From: Fimicolochytrium jonesii
Taxonomy: Eukaryota
NCBI RefSeq assembly: GCF_025526975.1
Contig: NW_026515674.1
Span: 620,001 to 684,000 of the forward strand
DNA: 64,000 nt
Direction: 5' to 3'
The translations under genes were made by a program, and so were the position numbers. Under the pieces are notes generated by a model, which was not told the origin of the DNA, made no database searches, and was given only the letters and a program-made list of their open reading frames with translations. This document shows, piece by piece, positions 1-11,072 of the stretch (position 1 is its first letter; each line of letters starts with the position of its first letter).

Positions 1-192
1 GGGAAAGGTGAAATGTGCTAGCGCCGTTGCATATCGTGGACAGCATTCCAACCAAATCATCTCAAGATTCTGTGGTCGTTTTCATCTGTAGTGCTTCCAG
101 AATATGATTGAAAACGTCCGTCTGCCACCATGACAATGATGACAATGCAACAACACGAGGACCCACAAAACACTCTGCCATCATCGTCATGA

Positions 193-1075
193 TCATCCAT
201 TCCTAAGCTTTGCCAGCCTCTCCGTAAGATTATCCTGCTCCTTATCCGCAGGCTCCGCCTTATTCGCCAACGTCCCCGTCGCGGCACCTGGCATCTCCAT
301 CTGGAGCTCCAACCCGTTTTCATCGGCCACCTGCTGCATCAAGTCCTCGACCTGGTCCTGTGGTGTTGACATGGCGGTTGTTTGTCCCATCGAGGACTCC
401 ATGTATTGTGTTTGCACGTCGAGGTCTTCGAATTGTTGCTCGAATTTGTCCATTACCATCGATATCTATATTGAGAAGCGAGATTGGGTTAGGCCAATGA
501 CTCTTTTACGCGATACGGAAAGTGGTGTCCCAGGGGCATCCCACAGTGCCTAGGAGAACCTCCTCCTTACCTGCTCAAGGTTCATGCTCGACATAGCCTT
601 CTCCATCCCCTTAACCACCCCAGCCATCGACGTCGACACTTTCCGCATCGTCACCGCAGTCTGCACGCGCGCGGCGACTCCATCTATCCGGGAACCTAGC
701 CGCAAGAGGTTGAGGGACTCATTCTTCTTCCGTATGGCGTTCGCGGCGTAGATTCGTGCCCCTTCCATATTTCCTTGCTGAATTGCCTGTGGGGCGTAGA
801 AGGGATCCGTTAAAAACGTCGCTCCGGAAATTCGAGCATCGAAACCACCCACCTTCTTTAGCTTTGCTTTTTCAGCCGCCTCATCTTTGCTGGATTTCTT
901 GGCTTGTCTCTGCAGCTGTTTTGCGGTGAACTTCAAATTGAAGAGGTGCTCTAAGAGTGGGAGGATAGAAGAACCCAGTCAGTCTCCGTCCTGGACCAAC
1001 CCTGGGATTGAAACTGTCTGCAGTGTATGCCCTCCAACGGCTTCAAGCCTACTTACTGTCCATGCCGCTACTCAT
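193..1075 (-). CDS. DID2: ESCRT-III protein Did2/CHMP1 (Vps46), 4 exons
   Basis: Spliced translation [25 protein letters not shown]...[38 protein letters not shown]...[15 protein letters not shown]...[13 protein letters not shown] introns join the ORF pieces. Confidence 0.93.
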
Positions 1076-1452
1076 CTTGGCGTGCGACTTTCGTTCGTAA
1101 TTCGCTAATAATATTGTTTGCGATGACACCTATACGACTGCTGGCGAACGGGGCTCTAAGCAGCTGGGCTTCGTAGGTCTTCTAAGCGTTGGAAGGTTTC
1201 CAAGATGGCTTTCAGTCTGCGATACTGTACGTGGGTAAGTGAAGGCGTGACGTAAAACGCAAGTCTGAGAAAGCAATCTGTCGGTTGCAAAGGCTTGGCG
1301 CAGCGTCGCATTTCGTGCCCATTTTGTCCCATTTTTCTCGTTGGATTTGGGAACTCAATCGTCAACTGGTTTGACCAATACAAGCCCGAACGAAGGTGCT
1401 ACATACAGTATATATATACAGTATACAGGAGCCCCCAAAAACACCTCTTAAT

Positions 1453-2353
1453 ATGAGCTATGCGGCTGCATCGCTACGAACAGGGTGCCGTATGGCATAC
1501 CTCCCCACCCTCCTTCGCCCCCACGTCCGCTCCGCAACCTCCTCCTCCCGCCCATCAAAACCCTTTCCCCGCCCGGGAGCAAGACCACCACCCGCAAGAG
1601 TCGTCCACAAATCCCAAAAGTCGTCTCAACCGCCCGCCGACAACCTCGGCAACTCATTTTTTGGCAACGCCGGACCGACCCTCGTTGACGGGAAACTATT
1701 GATATATACCGGCGCGTTGACGGATTACCTGAATACAGTCCGGAAAGCCACGATGGCGCTGCCGGCGTTGGGGTTGATTGTCACGCCGGTGTTGATGAAT
1801 GCTAGCCTGGCGGTTCAGAATGGGATTGCGGTGGAGACTTTTGCGCCGCTTGGTGAGTCTGTTTCTCCATTGTCAAAACCGTGTATCTGTGCTTGTATTC
1901 ATCACCCTTTTTTTTCCATCAGTGGGCGGGATCCTAGCCATCCCGTTCCTGGCCTCAACCTACGTCTCCCGCAACTACGTAACCCACCTCTACCAATCCC
2001 CTCTGCGGCCAACATCAAACCCCGAATCATCCCCCCAAACCCTCACATTCCAAACCGCCTCCATCTTCGGCAAGCCCATCCACACGACCGTCGCCGTCAC
2101 CGACCTGCGATACAAACCCAAACACATCCGGCGGACATGGACGACCGTGCCTGACGCCAGTGGGAAGGGGAACAGCTTCTTTGTGGAGCCGAAGGTGTTT
2201 AGGGATGACCCGGTGTTGGAGCGGATATGGACGCAGGTGGTGAGGCAGACGGAGACGGTGGAGGCGTCATTTGGACATTGGCATACCGGAGTGGATGGGG
2301 ATGTGTCGGATAGGGAGATGAAGATGGGTGCGGGTCCGACGAAGCGAGGCTAG
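1453..2353 (+). CDS. TMEM70-family mitochondrial membrane protein (ATP synthase assembly-like)
   Basis: Arg/Ser-rich N-terminal presequence, LIYTG motif, two hydrophobic helices, YVTHLY and SFFVEPKVF segments resembling TMEM70; intron 1853-1922 joins the two ORFs. Confidence 0.65.
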
Positions 2354-2649
2354 CTTTGGGTAGTGACGGCGTAGGAGATAAGTGCCGGCCGGCCATGCGC
2401 TGGATCCAATAAAATGACAAGAGGATGCCAATTTCCTGATTCCACATAGAGCAGATGGGTGTTTGGCCATCAGTAGCCTGGCGTAGATGACATAGGATCT
2501 AGCGTTCTCCGAGGACGCCAGACGGGATCAACAGATTCACTACCGATGCCTCCTTCAATCAAAGTATTTGGCTCGCGGCTTTTGGTCTAAAAATCACCTA
2601 TTCACACCAAAAAAAAAAAGTCACTCTAGCTATATAAGTCTAGCGTTCA

Positions 2650-4893
2650 TCACTTCGCAACACTCTTCTTCTTCTTCCCCAGCATCTTCACATACTCATC
2701 AACCCCCTTCTCCAACCGCCTAAGCTTCCCGTCGCCGACAAGGAACACATCATGGGGCTCTACCACACTCTTCACAAAATGCTGGTCGTGCGAAACCACG
2801 ATAAACGCGCCCGTGAACTCATTCAGCGCTTCCACAAGAGCGTTGGCGGTCAGGAAGTCAAGGTGATTGGTCGGCTCGTCGAAAATGAGGAGGTGCGGAG
2901 GGGAGAGGGATCTGTCGGGTACGAAAGTGCATGCGGCTAATGCCACTCTGACGAGCTGCCCACCGCTGAGTGACCGTAGGGGTGCGGTGGCTTGCGGACC
3001 TACGCCGTAGGAGCCGAGATGGCCGCGGATGTGCTGCATGAGGGGTTGAGAGATGGGCAGGTCGTGTGCGGCGGAGAGCGGATCGTCGAGGAGGAGGGAT
3101 GCGGATTTTTCCTTGTACAGAGCAAAGAGAGCGTCGATGGGTGTTGCTTCTGGTGGGTGGTTGTTGCGCAGTTCCTCGACGTGGTGTTGAGAGAAGTAGG
3201 AGACTTTGGCGGTAGGATGGCGGGTAACGGAGCCCCGCGTGGGTGGAAGATCACCGACGAGGAGTTTGATTAGAGTTGACTTGCCGCCTCCGTTTCCACC
3301 GATGATGGCGATACGCGATGTCGGCTCGATGCTGAGGGTGCAATCGGACAATACGGGTGGCAAGGCCTTTCCGTAAGAAATTGTAGCCTTCTCCACCTGA
3401 ATCAGCGGACCGGCCTGTCTCAAAGGAGCCGGGTCGCTGAACCGCCACTCATGGACCCAGTCGGGTGCTTGCTCGGCGAGTTTCTGGTATATGGAAACGT
3501 TCGAAACTCAAATGAATGCTTGAATGAAAGAGAAGACATGTCATGGTGTCCATACCGTAGCATATTCATCCCGAACACCTTCGTAATAACCTTGCCGGTC
3601 CTTCGAGATTCTGAACCGATGCCCTTTGTCGTTCACTTCTACCCCTACGCGCTCAATTTTCTTTGCCTTCGATGCCATCGCCGCCATTTTCTTGTCGTCG
3701 CCAGATTTTTTTGCTTGGGCCATCCCAACCTGGACGGATTTTGCTAAAGCAGTCTTTTTGCGTTCCTCTGCGTCAGCCCTCTTCACGGTGTTCAGGTACT
3801 TCTCTTCCGTATTTTGAAGGTAGTCCTCGAAATTTCCCACATGGTAGGAGAGGGTTTGGCGCCGAAAAATTATGATTTCGGTACAAACCGCATCGAGGAA
3901 GGCTCGGTCGTGCGAGACGGTCACCACCGTCACGTCCTCGAGAGATGCGACATAGGATTGGACCCAGAGGATGGCGGGCAGGTCCAAGTGATTCGTGGGT
4001 TCGTCCAACAGTAAAATATCTGGCTCGTACAGTAACCCGCAAGCGAGGGCCACCCGGATCTGCCACCCGCCGGAGAGCTGCCCCAAGGGACCTTCCTGCC
4101 ACTCCGGCGGGAATCGAAGACCATTGAGAATCTTCCTCGCCTTGCCTTCTACGGCGCCGTCATCATGCAGCTCAAGCGTTGTGATGAAGTCTGCGAGGTA
4201 CACGGATGCGTTCGTCTGATAGTCAAACAACTCCGCATCCTCATAAGGTGCATCGCCATCGTCCAGCTTTCTTCTCTTGGCGTCCTCAATCGCCTTCTCA
4301 GCCTTTTTGAGAGCTTCCCGGGCAGCCGCACCTCGCGCTCCACTCCTGTGAGTGGCAGTTTTATCTGCCTCTCTCAGCTCGTCTTCCAGCTGTTCGTATT
4401 TCAAACGTCGCATAGCTCTGACGAGTTGAGCTGGGTCGTGTGACTCCAGGGCTTGCTGAAGATCGCGAGCGTTCCGTCGAGCTCTCACGACTTCTTTGTT
4501 TGCGTCCATCACAATCTGAAGGACCGATTTGGGTTTTCCGTTGACCACTAAAGCGCCGTCGTCTTCGATCTGCTCGACGTATAATACTTTGAGGTTTGCA
4601 GGAATGCCAATCAAAGATTTGTCGGCGATGCAACGCAATAGGGTTGACTTTCCGACGCCGTTCTGGCCCACCAGCCCATAGTGAACACCCGAGAACAGCC
4701 TAAGCTCCGCGCCGACAAGAAGGGGGTGATCATCGACGGTTAGGTTGATCCCTTTGAGATGGAGGTCGTTCGAAAGCGTCTCGACCGTTTCTGTGTGGAA
4801 TCGGGATACTTGCGAGGTGGCGACGATTTTAGGGGTCGAAGATATTGTAGCTTTGGACCGCTCTTTCTGGCGGGAGGAGGTCGTTTTCACCAT
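2650..4893 (-). CDS. ABC-F family ATPase (GCN20/ABCF3-like), two nucleotide-binding domains, no TM domain
   Basis: GQNGVGKST / LSGGW / LLLDEPTNHLD / VSHDRAFL and GGNGGGKST / LSGGQ / FDEPTNHLD; intron 3484-3555. Confidence 0.92.
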
Positions 4894-5412
4894 GATCGGC
4901 GGTGTTCAAGCATCCGCCGTACCAGTCAATTTGCAAGTGGTGGATGTCTTCTGAAGGTGACTGACTGGGAAAGCTCAGACAGGGGAGCGACTTTATATAG
5001 ACTGCAGCTGACAGCCGACGCTTCTAATAGCTTCACATTATTAGTATGCTGCATCCACCTGGGATTGGAGTGGGATGGACGAGGTGGACAAGCTGCTCAT
5101 CCAAGATTCCACGCCCACCAAAATATAACTCTGCCGAAAGCACGTGAGCCACGTTCGATTATATGTACAGTATGTAAGGTATGGGGAGCGCCAAGCAGAT
5201 TGCCCCAGATGACGCAGCAAGGACGAGCTGGTGTTCTCCGCATTCCGCGCACCCTTATCATCACACATTCTCCAATCCTACCCATCAACACAGTCTGCTC
5301 ACCCTCATCCATCCTCATCGCATTAAGCGTCGCACCGTCTCGAATCTTATCGCCGCGTTCACATCGTCCACACCCAACAAACACCTGGGGTTCTGTTCCA
5401 CATCCAACAACG

Positions 5413-6001
5413 ATGAAGCTGCTCTCTACACTCACCCTCCTCTTTGGAGCCGTCGCTTCTATCGCCTCGGCCGCCTCTATCCCCAACTCACAGTACATTC
5501 TTCAACTCCAACAACCTTTGACCGACAACAACGCCCTCCTCGGTCCATCGGACGGCATTGAGAATTGTGGCGACGACTCCGACGTGTTCCACATCAAGTC
5601 TGTGGAGCTGACACCTAACCCCCCGAAGCGAGGACAGCCATTGAACATCCGTGTGCGGGGCACGTTGGACGAGGCGATTGATGCGGGAGCATACGCGGAT
5701 GCTATCGTGAAATTGGGCATCATCAAGCTTGTGGACACAAGGTTGAACCTCTGTGACGAGACGGCAAAGATCGACCACCCTTGTCCTATTGAGAAGGGAC
5801 CGGTTGATATTGAACACACCGTGGATATTCCTAATGAGATCCCTCCAGTATGTCTTGTGCATTCAATAAAGGCTCATTCCTCTCATATATGCTGACAGTG
5901 AATTCCTCTACTCCTCTCAGGGACGGTACACAATCCTGATTGATGCGACCAACTTTGATGATGCGCATCTCGCTTGCATCAAGGCCACATTCCAAGTATA
6001 A
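5413..6001 (+). CDS. NPC2: ML-domain lipid-transfer protein (NPC2 / PG-PI transfer protein)
   Basis: Signal peptide MKLLSTLTLLFGAVAS, PNPPKRGQPL, NLCDE..CPIEKG, IPNEIPPGRYTI; intron 5848-5920. Confidence 0.85.
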
Positions 6002-6580
6002 AACCGAAAATGATGTAGCTTAGGGTCATGTGGCCAAACAGCCCGGCCTTCCGTCTCCCGTCCGACGAGCGACCCGTGGACTTTCAATGAGGTCCTCGCG
6101 CTCAGACTTGGACTTTCTCTAGTAGGCTGTTACCCATTTGATGAGGCTTTCTAGCGTCGGTGTGCGGCGGCCTTGCATATGTACTTAATGGCATTGAACG
6201 GGGTGATTCGTTCGCATAGTTTCTTGCATCCCGAGCTTACATATGTGAGCGTAGGACATCGTTGACTCTCACTCAGACGTTGGTTGCCCTGCTGCATACC
6301 TTTGGAACAGGGGTATTACACATGGCGTGCAGAATATGAGTTTTTTGGACGTTCACGAATCAGCACGTTCTCGAGATGAGACCCGTGAGCTACCTTGGGT
6401 GGGAGACGTTATAATCGCAATACGCGTTTACCGTGACCCAGACCTCGTTTTCTGCTTGTTGGTTTTCCCTGTACGGAAGTCCAGCAGAACCAGCTCTTTA
6501 TCGGCTATATCGACCGGAGTCCAAACGGCACGCATAGTCTCCTAGTAGTCTCAGAGCAGCGGGCTATTGATTGCTGAGGA

Positions 6581-8602
6581 ATGTCCTACCCAAGGCAACA
6601 AGTTCCTGCCTCTACTTTCCAGCCGGGCAACGACGCCACAGGAACCTCCTTCGCACAACTTCCTCTCGATGACCTCTTTCCCGCAGAATTCGATCCTTTG
6701 CTCCTCTACCCACCTTATCAAGAGAGCGCCATTCCCTATGGCGGGTACCAACCCAGCTTCGGTGGGGTTCACGACCCCACCAACGGTGTAATACACCAGC
6801 CGCCGACCCCAGAAAGGTCGCCCGCATTCATGTATTCGCGCATGCCCGACATTGCCTTAGCACCTACGATGATGAGTTATCCACCAACGCATGCTCAACC
6901 GTATTTGGTGTGGCTGCCTCCACCGGCGCACTACCAGCATGTGCCTTACCCACGCGCGGGTCCGGGATGGGCTGCGGCGGGTGGATGGAGAATGGTGCCG
7001 CGGTTCCCGCAGCACCAGCTTGCGTTTTTGAGGCCGGATTATGGTGGCCGGCCGCATGGTGTCGGCCCGCAATCGGGAGATGGAGCCGTGGCAGGGATCA
7101 GTCTACTGCATCGGGGGATGAATGGGTTTGACGGAGGGATTCGAGAGATGTCGCCTGTTGGGTATGATGCATTCCAAGGGCAGGCGTTGCGGGCGCAGGC
7201 AGGAGCAATGGTTCCTGTGGGATACATGGGGATGCACCCAGCGTATCCTGCCAGCTTTCATCAGCGCGTACCCGGGGATGCTTCCCTGAATCTCGATATC
7301 GACCACTTGGTGCAGCCTTCAAATTCGGGGCAGGAAGACCCCCAGCAGCTGCTAGACTACCTATCGCGACCGCAGCACAACAAAGCAGATCTGCCGTCCC
7401 CAGAATCGGAGAACCAGGCAGCGCTGGCAAATCCCATGTCTCCGGAAATGGACAACGAGATGCTCGAGATCCTCTCGGCCGTCTTGGGAGCTTCACCGAC
7501 GAAGTCTCCCGAGACGGAGGACACTTTCTTTGGGGCGGACTTGTTGATAGGTCAAGCAGAAAGCTCGGTGGCCGAGCCTGAGATCTCGTCCTTTGCGGCG
7601 GAGTTGTCGATGGGCCAAGTAGAACGTTCGGTGGCCGAGACTGAGACCCCGTTCGCTGCGACGGAGTCGTTCATACGCGAAGCAGAAACTTCGGCGAGTC
7701 AATCCGGCGGAGCAGCACCGAATGAGGATCAGACCGACGGTTCCGAGGAAGAACAGGGTGACACCTCCACAGGCGTCTCAGACACGGACGACACCGTGGA
7801 TGAGATGTTGATTTACGCAGGCGTCTCTGACCTGCACGAGAACCTGAACAACCTGGACGACCTGTTCGCAGACCCTTCAGGAGCAGAAGAGGACATCGAC
7901 CACGCATCAATCGGCGTCTCAGAAGCGCCCGAAAACAGCTCATCCAAACCGATCTCCAATTGGCATCAGAAGGAATATGGCAACGCCGAACTCCAAGTTC
8001 TCAAAAAGATGAAGGGTAAAACCAAAGCCGCGCTGGCGCAGATAATCAGGCAGGACCCGGACCCCGAAGACCACTCCGTCTGGAAAAAGAAGCTCCCAAC
8101 ATCCATCGGAGAGGTTCAGATGGTATACGTCGAGACGGGCGATCGATGCATCGACACGCTCAGCCGGGTTATGAGGCACGGCGAGAAGCACGCGGTGGAT
8201 ATACTCTCGGCTGCGTTGAACAGTTTGAAGTTTGATCTGGATAAGATGGGGATGGAGGAACGGAGGGTTGGGTTTGAGAGGTGGGATGCGATTTATGGGG
8301 GACAGTATTGGCGCCTGGTTGAGACGTATGAGGGTGATGATGAGGACGGCGGTGGTGATTCGTCCCGCAAGAAACCGAGATTGCAGAACCAGCCACCCTC
8401 CACAACCCAATCGGCGCATCCGTCCCCGCACAACAACTCCCACCGCGCACAAACTCGACATCCCGTCTCACACGCCTTATCCTCCCAGCACCAGCGCCCG
8501 AAAGCAACGCGCGCACAGCCCAAGACGTACTTCGACTTCGAGGGGTACCTCGCCAAAATGGCAAATGACCTGTTGTTCAAGGCCCCATTTACGCAGGCGT
8601 AA
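6581..8602 (+). CDS. Hypothetical 673-aa low-complexity protein, intronless, with three internal 21-aa repeats
   Basis: Long uninterrupted ATG-initiated ORF; Pro-rich N-terminus, acidic middle, RKKPR NLS-like motif; no recognised domain. Confidence 0.6.
   Translation: MSYPRQQVPASTFQPGNDATGTSFAQLPLDDLFPAEFDPLLLYPPYQESAIPYGGYQPSFGGVHDPTNGVIHQPPTPERSPAFMYSRMPDIALAPTMMSYPPTHAQPYLVWLPPPAHYQHVPYPRAGPGWAAAGGWRMVPRFPQHQLAFLRPDYGGRPHGVGPQSGDGAVAGISLLHRGMNGFDGGIREMSPVGYDAFQGQALRAQAGAMVPVGYMGMHPAYPASFHQRVPGDASLNLDIDHLVQPSNSGQEDPQQLLDYLSRPQHNKADLPSPESENQAALANPMSPEMDNEMLEILSAVLGASPTKSPETEDTFFGADLLIGQAESSVAEPEISSFAAELSMGQVERSVAETETPFAATESFIREAETSASQSGGAAPNEDQTDGSEEEQGDTSTGVSDTDDTVDEMLIYAGVSDLHENLNNLDDLFADPSGAEEDIDHASIGVSEAPENSSSKPISNWHQKEYGNAELQVLKKMKGKTKAALAQIIRQDPDPEDHSVWKKKLPTSIGEVQMVYVETGDRCIDTLSRVMRHGEKHAVDILSAALNSLKFDLDKMGMEERRVGFERWDAIYGGQYWRLVETYEGDDEDGGGDSSRKKPRLQNQPPSTTQSAHPSPHNNSHRAQTRHPVSHALSSQHQRPKATRAQPKTYFDFEGYLAKMANDLLFKAPFTQA
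7511..7699 (+). repeat. Three degenerate 63-bp tandem repeats (in frame)
   Basis: ETEDTFFGADLLIGQAESSVA / EPEISSFAAELSMGQVERSVA / ETETPFAATESFIREAETSAS; DNA tcggtggccgag recurs at 63-nt spacing. Confidence 0.8.
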
Positions 8603-8709
8603 ACATCGGCACTGGATCTGGAGGACGAGGAGAAATGACCCTCGTCCATGTTGTTGACGAGGTCGGGAAGTCTCGGAAAACCTGGCTTTAAGGTGAAGAA
8701 TGAATGCGT

Positions 8710-8764
8710 CCCTTACCCCGCTCCCCCTTCCCGCCCGGCCGCCCCCCCCCCCCCCCCCCCCCCC
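8710..8764. repeat. C-rich tract ending in a C23 homopolymer (G-quadruplex-capable on the minus strand)
   Basis: cccttaccccgctcccccttcccgcccggccg followed by C run 8742-8764. Confidence 0.85.
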
Positions 8765-9199
8765 ACTCCAATATACCGGTGATAACCTGTATGGTGGGCA
8801 TGCCGACCGGTACTTACTCCGGTGGTAGTAAGGTTGATCGGTTACCACCACATGGACACCTACATGTATACGTATCCGGACGATACCGACGTAGTAATAT
8901 GTATTACTAACCTATACGGTATCGTACCAATAATCCTATATGCCATCCCAATGTCTATAGGATGGCATACCGGGACCCATACAGAATGGGTAGCACTATT
9001 TACCAAGGTTACTATATATGCATATACCGTCCATATTACTATGTTTATCGTACCGTACTACCCAATTGTATACATCAAATCAGGTATATCATGTGATATT
9101 TATATGTGTGATGTAAGCATACCTAGTAATACATCAGTGCCGGGGAACATAACAAGATAACCGTTAGTTTGCAATGAAGTAAACGAACCAAAGAAGAAA

Positions 9200-10652
9200 C
9201 ATAATTAAGGAAACGGCGGCCCTTCAAGCGGTCCTGTCGAACGGATGTTCAGGTCAAAATGTAACCAAAGCTCGAGCTTATGTTACCATGAGGGAAATAT
9301 CATCTTTATCGACGTGGGGCCCTCGTCACCTTCATCGTTTTGGATATCATTTGCGGGCGAAGTATGGAGGACAACCGTGCTTGTAAATATTAGACTTTCA
9401 ATGCCCGTCATACTCATAGGAACAGATAGCAGGACTTAATAGGATGATGCGACTCCTATTACCTACGAGCGTGATTCTAAGGACTAGGTTGTTCAGAACG
9501 GCCATCCATTCCAGCACAAGAACGTCGGTCCGGCACGCGAGGCACCATTACAAGACGAATCGGGGGCGCAGTCCTTTCCGGGGTCGGTGGTTGGAGGTTT
9601 TGGGCTTGGCAGCATCTATGAACGCTGGATGCTTTCCTAACGCCCGGGAAAATCGTGTCGCTGGGGAGGAGCCTAAGATGACTCGTGATTGGAACGCTTT
9701 CCACATTCATGATCTCCTCTTATGGAAAACACGTATCAGTGCTGTGCATGCATTTTCGGTATACCACGGGCAGTGCTCACCGAACACTCTTTCCACCTCA
9801 ATTGGTGCGACGAATCGTTTCTCAATTGCCAAGTTCTCCGCCACCTGCAAATAGAGTGCGACAGGCTGGCAACAGGACCTGAGTTAGTGCATCACCCTCG
9901 GCCAAGGAGCGACGGCAATGAGCACCAGATTCACCTGCGTACCTTCATCATATTATCCTCTCTGGCGGCAAACCACAAAATCCCTCCCAAGTTCTTAAAC
10001 TCCCATGCCGCGCCTGACTCCGGCTGGTTCAATGGAGACGGCATGGCAGCCACCGTACTGGGAATCTTTAAATGATAGTGCAATAGGTGATTGACCTCAT
10101 GGGCTAGCGTGATCCAAGCAAAGACTTGCTGAGATTTGTTGATGGGCGCTTGGAAGTACTACGAAAAAAGGGCAGGATTCAGCACTTCCATTCTCACATG
10201 CGAACATTCCACACCAAAGAGGCTCTGAAGCAACGACATCAGGTGTCGGCTGGAAACTATCCATTGCACAAGGTGCTCTTGTCATGGCCGCAATGAACTG
10301 TCCATTTGCTCGTCTCAATCCCGGTCTCTGTGCACTCCTCCCGTACCTGGTCGTTGACAAAAATGGTCATCGGATCAATCCTGGGGTCAAAAAAGCCTGC
10401 GCTATCATCCATTTCCCAGTCGGGTAGGTGGGAATAGAACGGTTCGTAGGCCTCACGAAAGGCAGTCGGGTTGGTGAAGTATATACCTATGCGGTTGCTG
10501 GAGAAAACGGACGCAATGACATTGTGGCTTTTGCCCACGGTAAGCCGAGCTGTCCAGGCGGGGACGTCAAGGAGACGGTTGATGGAGTCGAAGGCCTGGA
10601 CGATGCGCGGGTCAATGCCATTAGAAGATACGACGGTGAAGTTCGGAGCCAT
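9200..10652 (-). CDS. Multi-exon hypothetical protein with HEXXH zincin-like motif; 3' end approximate
   Basis: Exon 1 MAPNFTVV...IFVNDQ|gt; later exon QVFAWITLAHEVNHLLHYH...QPESGAAWEFKNLGG (HEVNH at 10087-10101) ending at a gtacg donor. Confidence 0.55.
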
Positions 10653-11072
10653 TGGGATCGGCGGCTCGGCGGGTAGTGAGAAGACGAAGTATGCAGTGCA
10701 GGACCGATATGGGAATGAGGACTGGAGAAAGGAGGGGCTGAGGTTTGATTTGTGTGCGATTACGGTAAAAGTTTCACTAGGAAAATACCGTTCAATGTGA
10801 CCAGTTCTGTCCGAAACGCGGCATGTCCGAATCATGGTTGCTCTCGTTTCCCAACTTTCCCGAGCCTGGGTCTCACCCATTTTCCCAGTCTGCGCTTTGC
10901 AATTGAATTGAACTTGTCCCGCCCCAAGCCGCAAATTACCGTGACCTCCAGATCTCGAGGAAAAAAGAACAGCCTCCGGCCTCTGCTTCCTCTAATTCTG
11001 CTCCACTGCGACTGTGGAGAAGCAGTCTCCCCGACGACTAGTCTTGCCTTTTCCCACGCGTCGGATCACGAG

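Noticed and set aside
4759..5412. N-terminal ~218 aa of the 378-aa ORF
   Set aside because: Overlaps the ABC-F start on the opposite strand and the promoter region; the ML protein starts at the signal-peptide ATG 5413
8822..9160. 112-aa Tyr/Ile-rich ORF
   Set aside because: Composition reflects the TA-rich hairpin tract, non-ATG start, no protein-like features
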